Of a stretch of 64,000 bases of DNA, positions 9,922 through 19,847 are shown in pieces. Position 1 is the first letter of the stretch. Each line of letters begins with the position of its first letter. Source of the DNA: an uncultured Armatimonadetes bacterium. Its GTDB lineage: Bacteria; Armatimonadota; Hebobacteria; Hebobacterales; Hebobacteraceae. A program made the translations under genes and the position numbers. The DNA is taken from NCBI GenBank assembly GCA_963716175.1, contig OY970296.1, forward strand, positions 224,001 through 288,000, written 5' to 3'. The notes under the pieces are model-generated. The model ran no database searches. It was not told the DNA's origin and saw only the letters and a program-made list of their open reading frames with translations.

Positions 9922-11130
9922 CTACTCGTGTCGTAGAGCTTCGATGGGGTCCTGGGATGCCGCTCGCCACGCGGGATAGAGTCCGAAGAAGACACCTACG
10001 CCGCAGGCGAAGAAGAATCCCACCAAGACGGCCCACATCGGCACCTTGGTGTGCATGTCGCCCTTCGTGCCGACATCCGTCAGCCACGAGAGTGCGGCGC
10101 CGAGCGTCACGCCCAGGATGCCCCCAATGCCCGAGAGGGTCATCGCCTCGGTCAGGAACTGGAACATGATGTGGCGGCGCTTGGCACCGACCGCCTTGCG
10201 AAGCCCGATCTCGCGCGTCCGCTCCGTTACCGACACCAGCATGATGTTCATGATGCCGATCCCGCCTACCAGCAGAGAGAGACCCGCGATTCCGCCCAGC
10301 ACGATGCCGAACACGGCCAGGATTCGTCCGATCGCCTGCAGGATGCGGGACTGCGAGTCCACCGTGAAGTCAGGCTGGTTGTTGTGCCGGCGCATCAGCA
10401 CAGCCCAGATCTGATCGGCGGCCGCTTCCGTGTCTCGCAGGTCAGCCGTCTGCGCCCACATCACGTAGACGCGCTTGTCGCCGGTGACGCGCTTCTGCAC
10501 CGTGGTCAGCGGCGCGTAGACATCCTTGTCAGGGTCCTCTCCCATTGCCCGGCCCTTGCGTTTGGCGACGCCGATCACGATGAAGCTGACGCCACGGGCA
10601 TGGATCGTCTGCCCGATCGGGCCGGCCTTGGGCCACAGCTCCTTGCGGACGGTCGCGCCAATAATGCAGACCTTGTTCCAAGAACCGTAGTCCTCTTGGG
10701 AGAAGAACCTTCCCTCCTCCAGCTTCACGTTGTGGAGCCGTGCGAACTCGGGCTGACAGCCCACCAGCCTCCCCTTGAACTCCTCCCCTCCCACCTCGAA
10801 CTGAGTGTTATCCTGGGGCAACTCCGGGGAGACTTCGGTCACCAAGGGGCAGTCGCGGCGGATGGCCGCCGCGTCCTCAGTGGTGAGGAACTCCACATGC
10901 GATCGGCCCTCTCCCTTCTTCCGCTCCTCAGGCGAGAAGAAGATGATCACCAGACGCGAGCCCATCTCCTCGAATTCCTTCACCACCTGGTCGCGGGCAC
11001 CCTCGATAAAGGCCACCATGGCAATCACGGAGGCCACGCCGATCATCACGCCCAGCATGGTGAGGACGGAGCGGAGCTTGTTCGCCGCCAGACAGGAGAG
11101 CGCTACCCGGAGGCTCTGGAGAAATCCCAT
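9922..11130 (-). CDS. ABC transporter permease (MacB/FtsX family)
   Basis: NKLRSVLTMLGVMIGVASVI; GGIGIMNIMLVSVTERTREIGLRKAVGA; PAWRAA..DPIEALRHE. Confidence 0.95.
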   Translation of the reverse strand: MGFLQSLRVALSCLAANKLRSVLTMLGVMIGVASVIAMVAFIEGARDQVVKEFEEMGSRLVIIFFSPEERKKGEGRSHVEFLTTEDAAAIRRDCPLVTEVSPELPQDNTQFEVGGEEFKGRLVGCQPEFARLHNVKLEEGRFFSQEDYGSWNKVCIIGATVRKELWPKAGPIGQTIHARGVSFIVIGVAKRKGRAMGEDPDKDVYAPLTTVQKRVTGDKRVYVMWAQTADLRDTEAAADQIWAVLMRRHNNQPDFTVDSQSRILQAIGRILAVFGIVLGGIAGLSLLVGGIGIMNIMLVSVTERTREIGLRKAVGAKRRHIMFQFLTEAMTLSGIGGILGVTLGAALSWLTDVGTKGDMHTKVPMWAVLVGFFFACGVGVFFGLYPAWRAASQDPIEALRHE

Positions 11131-11138
11131 GGCCGCGC

Positions 11139-12515
11139 TCAGCTCTCTTCTTTGCGCTCGGACTCGCGTCGGATATCGATCTTCTTCCGCTCCGGGATGC
11201 CGGACTTGCCGAGCTGCACCTTCTCGCCTTCCTTCAGCCCCGAGCGAACCTCCGTTCGCGCATCGTTCGCCAGGCCGATGGTGACCTCGCGGTCCGCAGT
11301 CACCGGCTTGCCCTTCTTCTCCTCCTTCACCACCGTCACGTACCATTTGCCCTTCTTCTCGAAGAGCGAATCATTGGGAACCGAGAGCACGTTCGCGGCG
11401 CGCTGACATGAGATCTCCACATTCGCCGTCATGCCGGTCTTCAGGTCAGCCTGTCCCTTGGTCACCGTGATCTCGATGGGGAACCGGACGATTCCCTCCC
11501 TACCGGAGTCGTTCAGCGACGCGGGAGAGATGCGCGTCACGCGACCCTCCTGCGTGCGTCCTCGCAGCGCGTCCACGATGATCTTTACGGATTGGCCGAC
11601 GTGGACCTTTGCGATGTCCACCTCGTTCAGGTTCACCTTCGCCAGCATCTTGGAGAGATCGCCGATAGTGACGATCGGGGCGCCGGAGCCGTAGTATGAC
11701 ACCGCCGTGATCAGCTCCCCCTGGCGCACATGGCGAGCGATCACTACCCCCGAGCATGGCGCAGTGATCACTGCGTCACGAAGACGCGTCTCGATCTCAG
11801 CCAGCGAGTCCTGGATCTGCCGCAGCGAGGCCTGCGCCTCCGCGATGCGGGACCCGCTCAAGGGCACCTCTGCTCGCCGGGCTTCCGCCGCGGAGACCGC
11901 GGCCTGCTGCTCCAGCACCCGCTCTTCCGCAGACCGCTGCGCCTGCACTGCGAGGTCGAGGGCGGCCTTCGCGGAATCCACCTCATTCCGCGCGACGTAG
12001 CCGCCCATCTCGAACAGCCGTCGCATGTTCTCATGGATCCTGTCGGCGTCGCGGCGCCGCGTCTCCGCCTCCTGGGCCGACGCCTCGGCACCACGGAGGT
12101 TCGCCTGGGCCTGCTTGACCTGCGAGTCGATCACCGTCCGGTCCCGGTCGAGAGACAGCCGCGCCTGGTCAAGCCGCGCCCCAGCCGCGTCCGACTGCGC
12201 CTTCACCTGATCTCGCTGGGCCTCCAGCTCCGGCACGTCGAGCTTAGCGATTAGCTGCCCTTTCTCGACCCAGTCCCCCTCCTCAACCTTCAGACTCGAG
12301 AGCAAACCCGCGACTTTGGACTTCACCTCCACGCGCCTGACCGGCTCGATGGTGCCAGTCTCCCGCACTGCGACCACAAGGTCGCCGCGTTCCACCTTAG
12401 CCGTCTTCACCGGATCGGCCTTGCGCCGCATCTTGACGGCCACCATGGTGGCACAGCCCCCGATCAGGGCCACCGGCAGAACCACAACCAGAAGCACGAA
12501 CTTCAGGCGCCGCAT
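11139..12515 (-). CDS. Efflux periplasmic adaptor subunit (MacA/HlyD family)
   Basis: N-terminal TM, V.SKVAG...V.EGD.V.KGQ, long helical hairpin, I.AP..G, LKTGMTANV. Confidence 0.92.
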   Translation of the reverse strand: MRRLKFVLLVVVLPVALIGGCATMVAVKMRRKADPVKTAKVERGDLVVAVRETGTIEPVRRVEVKSKVAGLLSSLKVEEGDWVEKGQLIAKLDVPELEAQRDQVKAQSDAAGARLDQARLSLDRDRTVIDSQVKQAQANLRGAEASAQEAETRRRDADRIHENMRRLFEMGGYVARNEVDSAKAALDLAVQAQRSAEERVLEQQAAVSAAEARRAEVPLSGSRIAEAQASLRQIQDSLAEIETRLRDAVITAPCSGVVIARHVRQGELITAVSYYGSGAPIVTIGDLSKMLAKVNLNEVDIAKVHVGQSVKIIVDALRGRTQEGRVTRISPASLNDSGREGIVRFPIEITVTKGQADLKTGMTANVEISCQRAANVLSVPNDSLFEKKGKWYVTVVKEEKKGKPVTADREVTIGLANDARTEVRSGLKEGEKVQLGKSGIPERKKIDIRRESERKEES

Positions 12516-12779
12516 CGTACTAGACCTTTCTGTGACGCCATCGCCTTGGCGCGACGGCACCATCAGTTCGCCATCTAGCTGCTTCGATCCTATAGACCTG
12601 AGCGTTCCGCCGCCTTGTCGTGAGGTAGTGCACGACGGCCGTACCGCGAGCGACCGACACAGGCAGAGTGTCCCATTGCCATCTGAGAGCGGCAACCTGC
12701 CTCACCTCAGCGAACCGCTCCGTCTCAGCTAACGGCTTCGCGGCGAAACGCACTGGAAGTCTTGACCTCTCCCTGCTGG

Positions 12780-14765
12780 CTACAGGAACGAAAGCGACTG
12801 GCTCACCCCAAACAGAGGCGCGAGCAGACCCAGGAATCCCTTCGTCAGGAACTCGCCGAGTACCAGGCCAAGGAACACGGGGCGAACTGCCCGAAACAGG
12901 CGCAAGCCGCCGTAACGGCGGATCGCGGTTGTGATGAACCAGGCGATGAACACGTTCAACCACAGGGATCGGTTCGTTTCATAGGAGCTCGCGATCACGA
13001 ACCCGACTGGACTCAACGGCCACCAAACGAACCGCGTGTTGAGCCACACGAGAAGCAGCATAATCCCTGCGCCGAGTGCAAGCGCGAAGCGTAGCCAATT
13101 GTCAGCCGGTTCCGGCGCGCGGAGGCTCGACTCGAGTTCTCCGAACGCCCATCCGGGGTAGGAGGCAAAAGGCCACTCGCCCAGGCTCCCCGCCCCGTAA
13201 TGGTAGACTACCCGGAGCAGCGCGGCGACGCCCACCAGGAAGGCAACCGCGAGCCCAGCCAGCGCGGCCCACGGGAACCACCTTCCCGCCACTCTTCCCG
13301 TGTGCAGCAGCTTGAAACTGTTCATCATCTGCGGCATGAGCACCGTGTTAGGATCGTACATGTAGATCACGGACAGGTAGGAGTACATCGTCAGCGACGG
13401 CCAGCCAAGGTTGAGCGCGCCCACCGCGCTCGTGGCAACGCCGCGGGGGAAGGCGCCAATGTCCGTGTACATCACGCCGCCGGCCGCCACCAGCCGGGAG
13501 CAGCCTAGCAGCACCGCGTAGTAAAGCCCAAGTAGCAGACCGAAGGACCACCACGACATCCCGGCGCGCATCGCCCACCCGAACAGCACGGCGTTGGCAA
13601 GCCCGAACCCAAGCAGAGCCCACCTGGCCTGCAGTGGGTTGTAGGGCTCCGGATCAGACCTCCCCCTGCCTACCAGACTCAGCGCCGCCGCCTGCAGTGC
13701 GTGGCGCGACTGGTACAGGATCATGGCAGCCAGCGCGATGAAGCCCCCTGCTTCCTCGAACCCGATGAAGAGCCGCGGGTTGATCGCCACCGCAGCCGCG
13801 CCGCCTTCCTCCGCAAAGCCAAAGGAGGCCCACACTAGCTGCTGGACCCGGTATAGGACATAGAAGAGCCAGAGGCTGAGCGACACCTCTCCCGGCAGCA
13901 AACAGGAGATGCCGATCACCGAGAAGATGATCGAGACGCGGAGATCCCAATGGCCGGAGAACACGCTCCAGGGAAGCCCCATGCCCTCGAAGTAGGGGCC
14001 AAACCGGATGTTGTAGAGCCGAGGCGAAGGAACGCTGGGGTAGAGCCCATGGATAAACGCCAGGACCGCTAGCGCTGACGGCAGGGCGAAGCCCAACCAG
14101 AAGATGCGTTGCCTGAAGAGGCTGCTGCGAATCGTCGGATAGGTCTCGCCGCCGACCACCGCTAGGGGCACCTCGACCAATGGGTACGTGAGTCGTTGGC
14201 GCTCGATCCAATCTCTGCTGAGGAGGGCCCCGAGGCAGAACATCGCCGCAGCCAGCGCGAGCGTGAAAATCCCCCACGACAAAACCGGGGCGAGCCAGGG
14301 ACTCCATGGCACTCCAACGCCCTTGGGCGAGCCCTCCCAGAACCACGCAACCGCCTCAGGATTGTTCAGGCGGAGCCAGAACGGGATATGAGGCCAGATG
14401 AGATGCGCCCAATCGTTCGAGGGCGTGGCCATGTAGATCGGGTAGGTGGTAGCTCCAACAAGAAACGGAAGGCCGGCACAGTGGAGCAAGTGCGCAGAGA
14501 CAATTAGCATCCCGTAGATGACCAGCAGTTCGCTCCGAGCGAACTGCCGGCCCGGGGTCCAGCGAGCCATCGCGCCATTCACGGCCACCAGCGTAAATAG
14601 CAGCAGGACGACACCGCTCAGCAGTGAGCCATAACCGACCTCCCAGGTGTGCTTCACGTACGCCATGTAGGGGTTGAGCAACGCGAGCAGCGCCATCCCC
14701 GCGGCCCCCACCAAGATGGACCTGGGGGTGATCGGGAACGAGACCGGGTTGCCGCGTTCGGCCAT
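12780..14765 (-). CDS. DUF6785/DUF6784-like polytopic membrane protein (putative transporter), copy 1
   Basis: EL...Y, W..W..P...W, W....RL.YP...P, FW.G, S.S.W.F, C-terminal WWPLSPVG...RYGGLRL...G...G shared with copies 2 and 3; AGGAG RBS. Confidence 0.8.
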   Translation of the reverse strand: MAERGNPVSFPITPRSILVGAAGMALLALLNPYMAYVKHTWEVGYGSLLSGVVLLLFTLVAVNGAMARWTPGRQFARSELLVIYGMLIVSAHLLHCAGLPFLVGATTYPIYMATPSNDWAHLIWPHIPFWLRLNNPEAVAWFWEGSPKGVGVPWSPWLAPVLSWGIFTLALAAAMFCLGALLSRDWIERQRLTYPLVEVPLAVVGGETYPTIRSSLFRQRIFWLGFALPSALAVLAFIHGLYPSVPSPRLYNIRFGPYFEGMGLPWSVFSGHWDLRVSIIFSVIGISCLLPGEVSLSLWLFYVLYRVQQLVWASFGFAEEGGAAAVAINPRLFIGFEEAGGFIALAAMILYQSRHALQAAALSLVGRGRSDPEPYNPLQARWALLGFGLANAVLFGWAMRAGMSWWSFGLLLGLYYAVLLGCSRLVAAGGVMYTDIGAFPRGVATSAVGALNLGWPSLTMYSYLSVIYMYDPNTVLMPQMMNSFKLLHTGRVAGRWFPWAALAGLAVAFLVGVAALLRVVYHYGAGSLGEWPFASYPGWAFGELESSLRAPEPADNWLRFALALGAGIMLLLVWLNTRFVWWPLSPVGFVIASSYETNRSLWLNVFIAWFITTAIRRYGGLRLFRAVRPVFLGLVLGEFLTKGFLGLLAPLFGVSQSLSFL

Positions 14766-14909
14766 TCGTACTCCTGCCCCCCGGCACAACCTATCCCCTT
14801 CGGACAGCGATGGGATGTGCCTACCGCACTCAGAGCAGCCAGGCCCGCGCGTTTGCCTCATTTCCGGTGTCTGCACACAGAAAGAGGCCAATCTTGACTG
14901 GCTCAACGG

Positions 14910-14941
14910 GGGGCGGAGCGCCGAGATGGCCGCTCCGCCCC
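14910..14941 (-). promoter_or_regulatory. Conserved intergenic hairpin downstream of pilin-like gene 1
   Basis: GGGGCGGAGC ... GCTCCGCCCC stem; same stem follows all three paralogs. Confidence 0.75.
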
Positions 14942-14999
14942 GCATCACCGACTCAGACCGCCGTCCATACCCCAGACGTGTCCGGACCCGCTCCTAGCT

Positions 15000-16040
15000 C
15001 TAGAAGTACGGCCAGTCCGACGGAGCAGTCGCACCTATGCAGCAGCCATTCCCCCATATGCTGAAGTCCAGTTCTCCGCTCTTCCAGCCGGCCGCGATCG
15101 CCTCCCCGGACATCCAGGCCGCGTGTCCATCGAGGTAGCCAATGTTCGCGCCTCCGAGGTGCCGTGTGTACTTCTTGCGCAGCTCTGGCTCACGCCAGAA
15201 CGTGTCGCCCACTGGCGCAAACGTGTACAGGTCATCGCCGTACCACTCCTGGCAGTCCGGGTTCTCCCAGTCATAGCAGCAGCGGCACGGGGCACAGTCC
15301 ACCATGCAGATCTCTGTCCAGGCATAGTTCGACATGTTGGTCTGGTTGTAGGACTGCGGACCGCCGTCCCCACAAATGACGAACCTGGCCGGGTCGGAAA
15401 CCTGACCAGGTTTGAGCTCGACCTGCCCATTCACCGCAATGGATGCCTCGAACCACTGCAGTGCGCCCTCTGCGCGGCCGCTGGCAGTGCTGCCCGCCAA
15501 CTGCTGCTGAAGAAACGAGTCGGTAACTGTGCCTCCCCAGCCGCTAGGATAGGCCCAGAGGCAAGGCCCATAGAGGCCCGTGTCGGAGACCCAGAGGTCC
15601 GTGTAGGTCCGCCAGGCATTGAGCCAGCTCCCATAGCTCACTGGATCCACGATCAGACCCGCGCCCCCGACCAGCTTTGCGCTCGGGCAGCGCCACACAT
15701 CGCGGTTCTTGATGTACTCTTCGAAAATCACAGCCCACCGGAGGTACGGGTTGGCCGCCCATGGCCGGCTGCTGCAGCTATCCCGCCCCTGCGCCTCCAT
15801 GAAGTACTGCTCTGCCTCCGCGGTGTGGTCACGCGGCGGCAGCCTGTCATAGTCTACGAGGTACATCTGAATCGCCATGGCGATGTTCTTCACATTCGAC
15901 AGGCACTGGATCTTCCGTGCCGACTCTCGCGCACGAGCGAAGACCGGGAACAGCATCGCTGCCAGAATCGCGATGATCGCGATCACCACCAGCAGCTCGA
16001 TCAGGGTGAACCCACTTCGCCGCCTTATCATCCTCCTCAC
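15000..16040 (-). CDS. Prepilin-type N-terminal cleavage/methylation, H-X9-DG domain protein (DUF1559-like), copy 1
   Basis: [30 protein letters not shown]; CLSN; CPS; RHLGGANIGYLDGHA; alternative ATG at 16031. Confidence 0.92.
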   Translation of the reverse strand: MRRMIRRRSGFTLIELLVVIAIIAILAAMLFPVFARARESARKIQCLSNVKNIAMAIQMYLVDYDRLPPRDHTAEAEQYFMEAQGRDSCSSRPWAANPYLRWAVIFEEYIKNRDVWRCPSAKLVGGAGLIVDPVSYGSWLNAWRTYTDLWVSDTGLYGPCLWAYPSGWGGTVTDSFLQQQLAGSTASGRAEGALQWFEASIAVNGQVELKPGQVSDPARFVICGDGGPQSYNQTNMSNYAWTEICMVDCAPCRCCYDWENPDCQEWYGDDLYTFAPVGDTFWREPELRKKYTRHLGGANIGYLDGHAAWMSGEAIAAGWKSGELDFSIWGNGCCIGATAPSDWPYF

Positions 16041-16515
16041 CTCCTAAGAAGTCGCCCGGACGGCCCTTCCCGGTGCGGGCCACCGAAAGGAAGCCCGGAT
16101 CACCTCCTTTCCACGGAGCACCCGCTGAATCTCGGACCCACTGTGTAGCTCATCAACCGAGATGTATGCCGAGTCCGGCACTCGCCTTCTGCGTGCCAGG
16201 CGCCTCTGGCAGTAGGGTAGCAGTTGCGAACCTGCCTGTCATTGCACAAACCGCACAAATCGGTGGACAATCAGTCCTGGTGGCACCGCCCTGCGGCCTG
16301 CGTTTGGAGGTTGAGCGGTCGCCTGGGGTGCGAAGAGCAGCTGGGACACACGGCTCAGCGGGTCTGCGAGGCAACGAGGGGAGGAAAGTGGAGGGCCGCC
16401 GCGCCGGCCGCCCTTAGGTTGGTCTTCCCGGAGGCCCTGGGCGGGCCGTTGTCCGACCCGGATCAGGACTGCGCATGCAAGGGGGGCAGGACAGAGGGGA
16501 TTGGCCTGAGAGCCC

Positions 16516-17463
16516 TTAGCGCCCTGCCAGCCATCCCTTGGCTCGGAACTGGCCCGGCGTCTGACCGTAAAGCTTGACGAAGCAACGATGGAAGTGGCTG
16601 GCGTCACTGAAGCCGGCCTCCAAGGCGATCTCGTCTGTGGGCAGGTCCGTCGCCAACAGCCGATGAGCGGCAAAAGCCACATGCGCCCGCATGCGGAGCT
16701 TCGCGAAGCTGATGCCCATCACCTCGCGACAAAGGCGGTTAAGAGTAGCGCGGCTCATCCCGCACGCTTGTGACGCCTCCCGGACTCCCGCGGCCAACGG
16801 ACCTCGCTCCCGAAGCAGGTCCAGCGCCGGCACAATGCGCGAGAGGGCTGTGTAGGGCATGCCGTCGCGTGAGTCCAGAGGTCTGGGCGGGCGCCACTCA
16901 CGGCAGAGCTCGAAAAACACGTTGGCGAGGCAGAGCTTCAGCGCGGTGCGGTATCCGGGCGGCTGTGTCTGGATCTCCTCACGCATCCATTCAGCCAACA
17001 TCCGCACTCGAGTGCGCTGTTTTTCGGTGGAAACGCGCGGTCGCTTGTCAGCCGGTGACGCGAAGATGGTCAGCCAGGAGAGTTCGCCCACTGTGACGTC
17101 CTGGAGGAACGCGGGCACGAACTGCAGCACGACGATGGTCGTATGTGGCACGAGGGCGCGGTAGCCATGGGGCTCCCACATGCTGGCCACCCACACGTCC
17201 CCCGGCCCGATCTCACAGGAGAAGGCCTCCCAAGATCGCTCCTGCCGTCCCGACAACACGATCCCCACCTCGAGGGCCTCGTGGTAATCGAGCACCATTG
17301 CGGTCGGCTCGGGATCCGTCACCACATCCGAGTGAATGGGGACGCGAGACAGATCATACTCGACCCGCTCAGCGCCGAGTGCCCAATCGGTCCCCAGGTT
17401 GCGGGCGGGCGCCAACTCCTGCATCACTCTGCTGGCCTGCGCTGATCTGTTCTTTTCCACCAA
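16516..17463 (-). CDS. AraC family transcriptional regulator
   Basis: N-terminal cupin (YHEALE..WEPHG); C-terminal IALEAGFSDASHFHRCFVKLYGQTP; start uncertain. Confidence 0.9.
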   Translation of the reverse strand: MVEKNRSAQASRVMQELAPARNLGTDWALGAERVEYDLSRVPIHSDVVTDPEPTAMVLDYHEALEVGIVLSGRQERSWEAFSCEIGPGDVWVASMWEPHGYRALVPHTTIVVLQFVPAFLQDVTVGELSWLTIFASPADKRPRVSTEKQRTRVRMLAEWMREEIQTQPPGYRTALKLCLANVFFELCREWRPPRPLDSRDGMPYTALSRIVPALDLLRERGPLAAGVREASQACGMSRATLNRLCREVMGISFAKLRMRAHVAFAAHRLLATDLPTDEIALEAGFSDASHFHRCFVKLYGQTPGQFRAKGWLAGR

Positions 17464-17647
17464 CCGAGGTCAGCCCCTGCCGCCAGCACGCGCTGCTGAC
17501 AGGAATATCCGGTTGCGGCCAGGAAGGATAGGGGCGAGGCAGGGGCACCAGTGCCTCAGACCCAGGCCGGAGTGTCCCGTGGAGGCCCCGGCTAGCGTGG
17601 CGGCTGCGTGGGATGGGACTGCCAGCCCCGACACCGGGGAGGCTCAG

Positions 17648-18805
17648 TTGACAGACAGAGAGCGCTTCAGGGCGGTCTGCCGCGGTGACCACCCCGACTA
17701 TGTGCCGGTTTTCTCCTTCCCTGGCGCGCCCGGCATGGGCTACTTCCCAATGAAGCAGATCCGCGTTGCATTGCTCGAAACCGGGATGCCGGGGCATGTG
17801 GGCGCGGGCGAAGACGGACAACCGTCCTGGGATCAGTACTGGGGCACCACGGGCCCCGTCTATCCGGCGTTCGGGCTGGCCGTGCCCGGCCCCGGGATCC
17901 GGTGCGAGGTCCGGCAGGAGTGCGGCTGGGAGATCATCACGTGGGAGACGGGAGCGCGCACCCGACAACGGGCAGACAACGACAACGTCTACGGTATGCC
18001 GGGCTTCCAGACCTATCACGTTCGGGACCGCAAGACCTGGGAGTACTACCGGGAACGGACTGCCCCTAGGGGCGCGCGTCCCGCGGCCGAGGTCGAAGCG
18101 GACATCGCGGCCTTCAATCCGGGCGACCGCCCCGTCGCGGTGCGCGTCGGCTCCCCATGGACGACCTGGGGACTGCTGCGGGAACTCATGGGTCCGGAGC
18201 GGGCCTGCACGATCATCTACGATGATCCCGACCTCGCCCACGAGATCATTGCCGCAGGACTGGCGGACTTCGAAGCCTACACCGCACCCCTGATCGAACG
18301 ACTCCGCCCGGACATCCTCCAGGCAACCGAGGATATCTGCTACAACCATGGGATGCTGATCAGCCCTGAGCATTTCCAAGAGTTCTGCGCGCCCTACTAC
18401 CGCCGCGTGGCTGAGGTCGCTCGGGACTGCGCCGTCGAGATGGTCGCGATCGACACCGACGGGAACGCGATGGAGTTCGTATCACTCGTCGAGCCGCTCG
18501 GGGTGAACGCGGTTTTCCCCTTCGAGGTCAAGGCTGGGAATGACCTGTTTGCGCTGCGCGAGCAGCATCCCGATTTCATCCTCATGGGGTGGCTCGAGAA
18601 GGAAGTGGTGAACGCGGGCAACGAGCATCTCATCCAGCAGGAGATCATGTCTAAGGTGCCTCCACTGCTCGCTGAAGGCCGCTACTTCCCGAACGGGGAT
18701 CACTGCATCCAGCCGCTAGCGACGTTCGATAACCTGTGCCGCTTTATGACACTGCTACACGAGGCGACCGGCAATCCGGAAGGCCAGTTCCCGCGGGTCC
18801 ACTGA
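17648..18805 (+). CDS. Uroporphyrinogen decarboxylase (URO-D/MtaA) family protein
   Basis: T.RERF start with GGGAGG RBS and TTG; EDICYNHGMLISP, DTDGN, P.E..AG.D, GRYFPNGDH. Confidence 0.85.
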   Translation: MTDRERFRAVCRGDHPDYVPVFSFPGAPGMGYFPMKQIRVALLETGMPGHVGAGEDGQPSWDQYWGTTGPVYPAFGLAVPGPGIRCEVRQECGWEIITWETGARTRQRADNDNVYGMPGFQTYHVRDRKTWEYYRERTAPRGARPAAEVEADIAAFNPGDRPVAVRVGSPWTTWGLLRELMGPERACTIIYDDPDLAHEIIAAGLADFEAYTAPLIERLRPDILQATEDICYNHGMLISPEHFQEFCAPYYRRVAEVARDCAVEMVAIDTDGNAMEFVSLVEPLGVNAVFPFEVKAGNDLFALREQHPDFILMGWLEKEVVNAGNEHLIQQEIMSKVPPLLAEGRYFPNGDHCIQPLATFDNLCRFMTLLHEATGNPEGQFPRVH

Positions 18806-18860
18806 ACCCAAGCGGGCCGCTCTCACCTTCTCCCTGCTGGCGATAGGCGGCTCTTCAGAG

Positions 18861-19847
18861 TCATGCCCGGACGAACACGAGCAGGTCGCGGACGTCGTTG
18901 CGGAAGCGGAGGGCAGCCGGGCTGATGCTCTCCTGCTGGAAACCAAACTGGCGCAGCAGCGCGATCTTGTACTCGGAGCCGGAGTCACAGTAGCAGACCA
19001 TCGGCTCCACCCACAGGCGGAGCATCTCCTGCATCAGCGCTGGAGCGCGGTCCCAGGCCGAGTGATGGACGTAAACATCAAGCACCTTCCTGGTCCCCGA
19101 GTTACCCCACATGGGATGATCTCCGATCACGGTAAGGCCGAGCACACAGGGTCCCGAGCCCGGCAGCACCAGCGCGCAGTGCTCCCCGCCGCTCTGCTTC
19201 CTGCGCATGACATGAACAAACGGCTCTTCGACCAAACGGGGTCCCACGCTGGCCATGTGAACGCTGCGCAGTTGCTCGGGCCCCGGGGCACTGAAGAGAA
19301 CCAGTGATCCAGCGAAATGGCGCCAGGCTATGGGGCAGACCTTGCCCGCCGGGCCGGCGAACACGTTCTCCCAGTCTGCATCGCCGAAGAACTGCACCAT
19401 CCCCCCGTAGCCCTGCTCAGGGCACGTTCCCCTGAACCCTTCCGATGCGTACAGCCGCCAGGGCGTGCCCTGGAACTTCGCGCCGAGCACCAGCACCCGG
19501 CCGTTGTCTCGCCCGAAGTCGTCTATCGCATGCCTGAGCAGCAACCTGGCAATACCGAGACGACGCAACTGGGGAACGGTGTAAACGTGCGTGATGTTGC
19601 CGAACTGCTCGCTCCGGAAGTTGGCGACGCAGCCGGCCAGCACACCATCCACAACACCCACGTAGTAGAGCATCTCCAAGCCAGGCGTTCTGCCGTCCAA
19701 CCATTCCCCGATCTGCCATAACCATGGCTCGCCCTTGTGTCTTAGCAGCCAGGGGATGACCTCGCGCGCCTGGCCGCCAGGAGTGCCTACCAGGGACACT
19801 TCCACGACCCGACCGTCACTCAACGATGCCGAACCTATAGGCTGCAC
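18861..19847 (-). CDS. GNAT family N-acetyltransferase (two-domain)
   Basis: HVYTVPQLRRLGIA acetyl-CoA motif; LY...GF. Confidence 0.8.
   Translation of the reverse strand: MQPIGSASLSDGRVVEVSLVGTPGGQAREVIPWLLRHKGEPWLWQIGEWLDGRTPGLEMLYYVGVVDGVLAGCVANFRSEQFGNITHVYTVPQLRRLGIARLLLRHAIDDFGRDNGRVLVLGAKFQGTPWRLYASEGFRGTCPEQGYGGMVQFFGDADWENVFAGPAGKVCPIAWRHFAGSLVLFSAPGPEQLRSVHMASVGPRLVEEPFVHVMRRKQSGGEHCALVLPGSGPCVLGLTVIGDHPMWGNSGTRKVLDVYVHHSAWDRAPALMQEMLRLWVEPMVCYCDSGSEYKIALLRQFGFQQESISPAALRFRNDVRDLLVFVRA

Noticed and set aside
15000-16040. Classical type IV pilus or T2SS operon
   Set aside because: No assembly ATPase, platform protein, secretin or prepilin peptidase nearby; proteins are much longer than major pilins
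16097-16110. GGATCACCTCCTTT, identical to the 16S rRNA 3' end
   Set aside because: Only 14 nt with no other rRNA sequence around it; it is the reverse complement of a strong SD
16184-16198. TGGCACGCAGAAGGC as a sigma-54 promoter for pilin-like gene 1
   Set aside because: Good -24 box but poor -12 box; not seen upstream of the other paralogs
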